Origin: Camelus ferus
Taxonomy: Eukaryota
Assembly: GCF_009834535.1 (NCBI RefSeq)
Contig: NC_045696.1
Span: forward strand, 109,432,001 to 109,496,000
Direction: 5' to 3'
DNA: 64,000 bases
In this document: positions 63,111 through 64,000 of the stretch, piece after piece
How the letters are laid out: the number at the start of each line of letters is the position of its first letter
How positions within the stretch are numbered: position 1 is the stretch's first letter
Made by a program: the position numbers and the translations under genes
Notes under the pieces: model-generated
What the model saw: the letters and a program-made list of their open reading frames with translations, nothing else
Told to the model about the DNA's origin: nothing
Databases searched by the model: none

Positions 63111-63555
63111 TGGGCAGGTGGCCTGCAGTGCCAGCAGGCTCTGTCTCCTCTCCTTTTCTCTGAATGTCACTGCCATTGTCTTCCCTTGTAAACCTCTGTC
63201 CTCTTCATGGCTGAGTCATGGTCAGCAATCAGCCCACCTGCTGCCCTTCATTTAGTTCCAACTTGAAAAACTCCTGGAGCAGGACTCTGATGGTTCCACT
63301 GGGTCATGTGCCCAGAGGCAGGGCAGGGTCTCTGGGTGGGGGGGGCTTCTCCTGGAGCCACGTGTTTGAATAGGGGCCCTTTTCTGAAACAAGGGGGAGC
63401 GCTGTTCTCAGGAGAGGGGCTGAGCAGACAAGACCATTAAGACTTCTGTGGAGAGGAGACATCAGAAAGGAAGAGGTTTGGTCCTGCTGAGGGAAAAGAA
63501 GCAAGCTGAATGAGGGCATTGATGATGGGGAAGAAAGCTGTATGAACTCGGGCTT

Positions 63556-64000
63556 GGATTAGGGTCTACTGCTGCTGTAACAAATCACCATAAACCTAGT
63601 GGCTTCAAACACAAATGCCCTTTGATGGTTCTGGAGGACAGAAGACCTAAAATTGAGATGTTTGTAGGGCTGTGCTCCTTCTGGGAGCTCTAGAGGAGAA
63701 TCTGTTTCCTTGCCTTTCTGAGCTTCTAAAGGCCACTGACATTCCTTGGCTTGTGGCCCCTTCCTCCATCCTCAAAGTCAGCAGCTTAGCATCTTGAAAT
63801 CTCTCCCCTTCTCACCTAATTTTTTTTTCTGACTCTGACCCTCCTGCCTCTCTTATAAGGGCCCTTGTAAATACATTGGGCCCACTCATATAATCCAGGA
63901 GAATCTCCCTATTCTTAGAATCTTATCTGCTGAATTCCTTTTGCCGTGTAAGGCAACGTATTCGTGGGTTCTGAGTATTAGGACACAGGCATTGGAGAGG
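63556..64000 (-). mobile_element. MLT1C/D-type MaLR LTR
   Basis: gctgctgtaacaaatcaccataaacctagtggctt...gttctggagg...ctctagaggagaatctgtttccttgccttt...cattccttggcttgtggcccc...tacattgggcccac...ataatccagga. Confidence 0.9.

Larger units (their letters stand above)
49435..64000 (+). other. SLCO2A1: SLCO2A1 intron 1 (continues beyond the window)
   Basis: Starts GTGAGC after exon 1; I found nothing encoding the expected exon 2 peptide ([23 protein letters not shown]...) downstream. Confidence 0.85.

Overview
Mammalian genomic DNA, most likely camelid (two tRNA-Ala-headed Vic-1-type SINEs; I saw no Alu, PRE-1 or Bov-A). The only protein-coding sequence I can support is exon 1 of SLCO2A1 (prostaglandin transporter, OATP2A1): ATG 49336, splice donor after 49434, + strand, inside a CpG island with TATA and Inr. 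About 49 kb of upstream DNA precedes it and about 14.5 kb of intron 1 follows; exon 2 is not in the window. The rest is transposon-derived (old L1M, L2, MIR, MaLR/ERVL and ERV1 solo LTRs, hAT MITEs, young 5'-truncated L1 ends) or GC-rich unique sequence. The supplied ORF track is almost all spurious and misses the real exon. I found no new gene system. The most unusual structures are: two young L1 3' ends inserted in opposite orientations into the same 16-bp target, leaving three copies of it and a fold-back in intron 1; a MER53 palindrome whose arms seem to have changed together; two short local templated copies about 0.85-1 kb from their source; and several upstream motif clusters that look like endothelial or inflammatory enhancers. 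Repeat family names come from my recall of consensus sequences, repeat boundaries are approximate unless TSDs are given, and all need RepeatMasker/Dfam confirmation.
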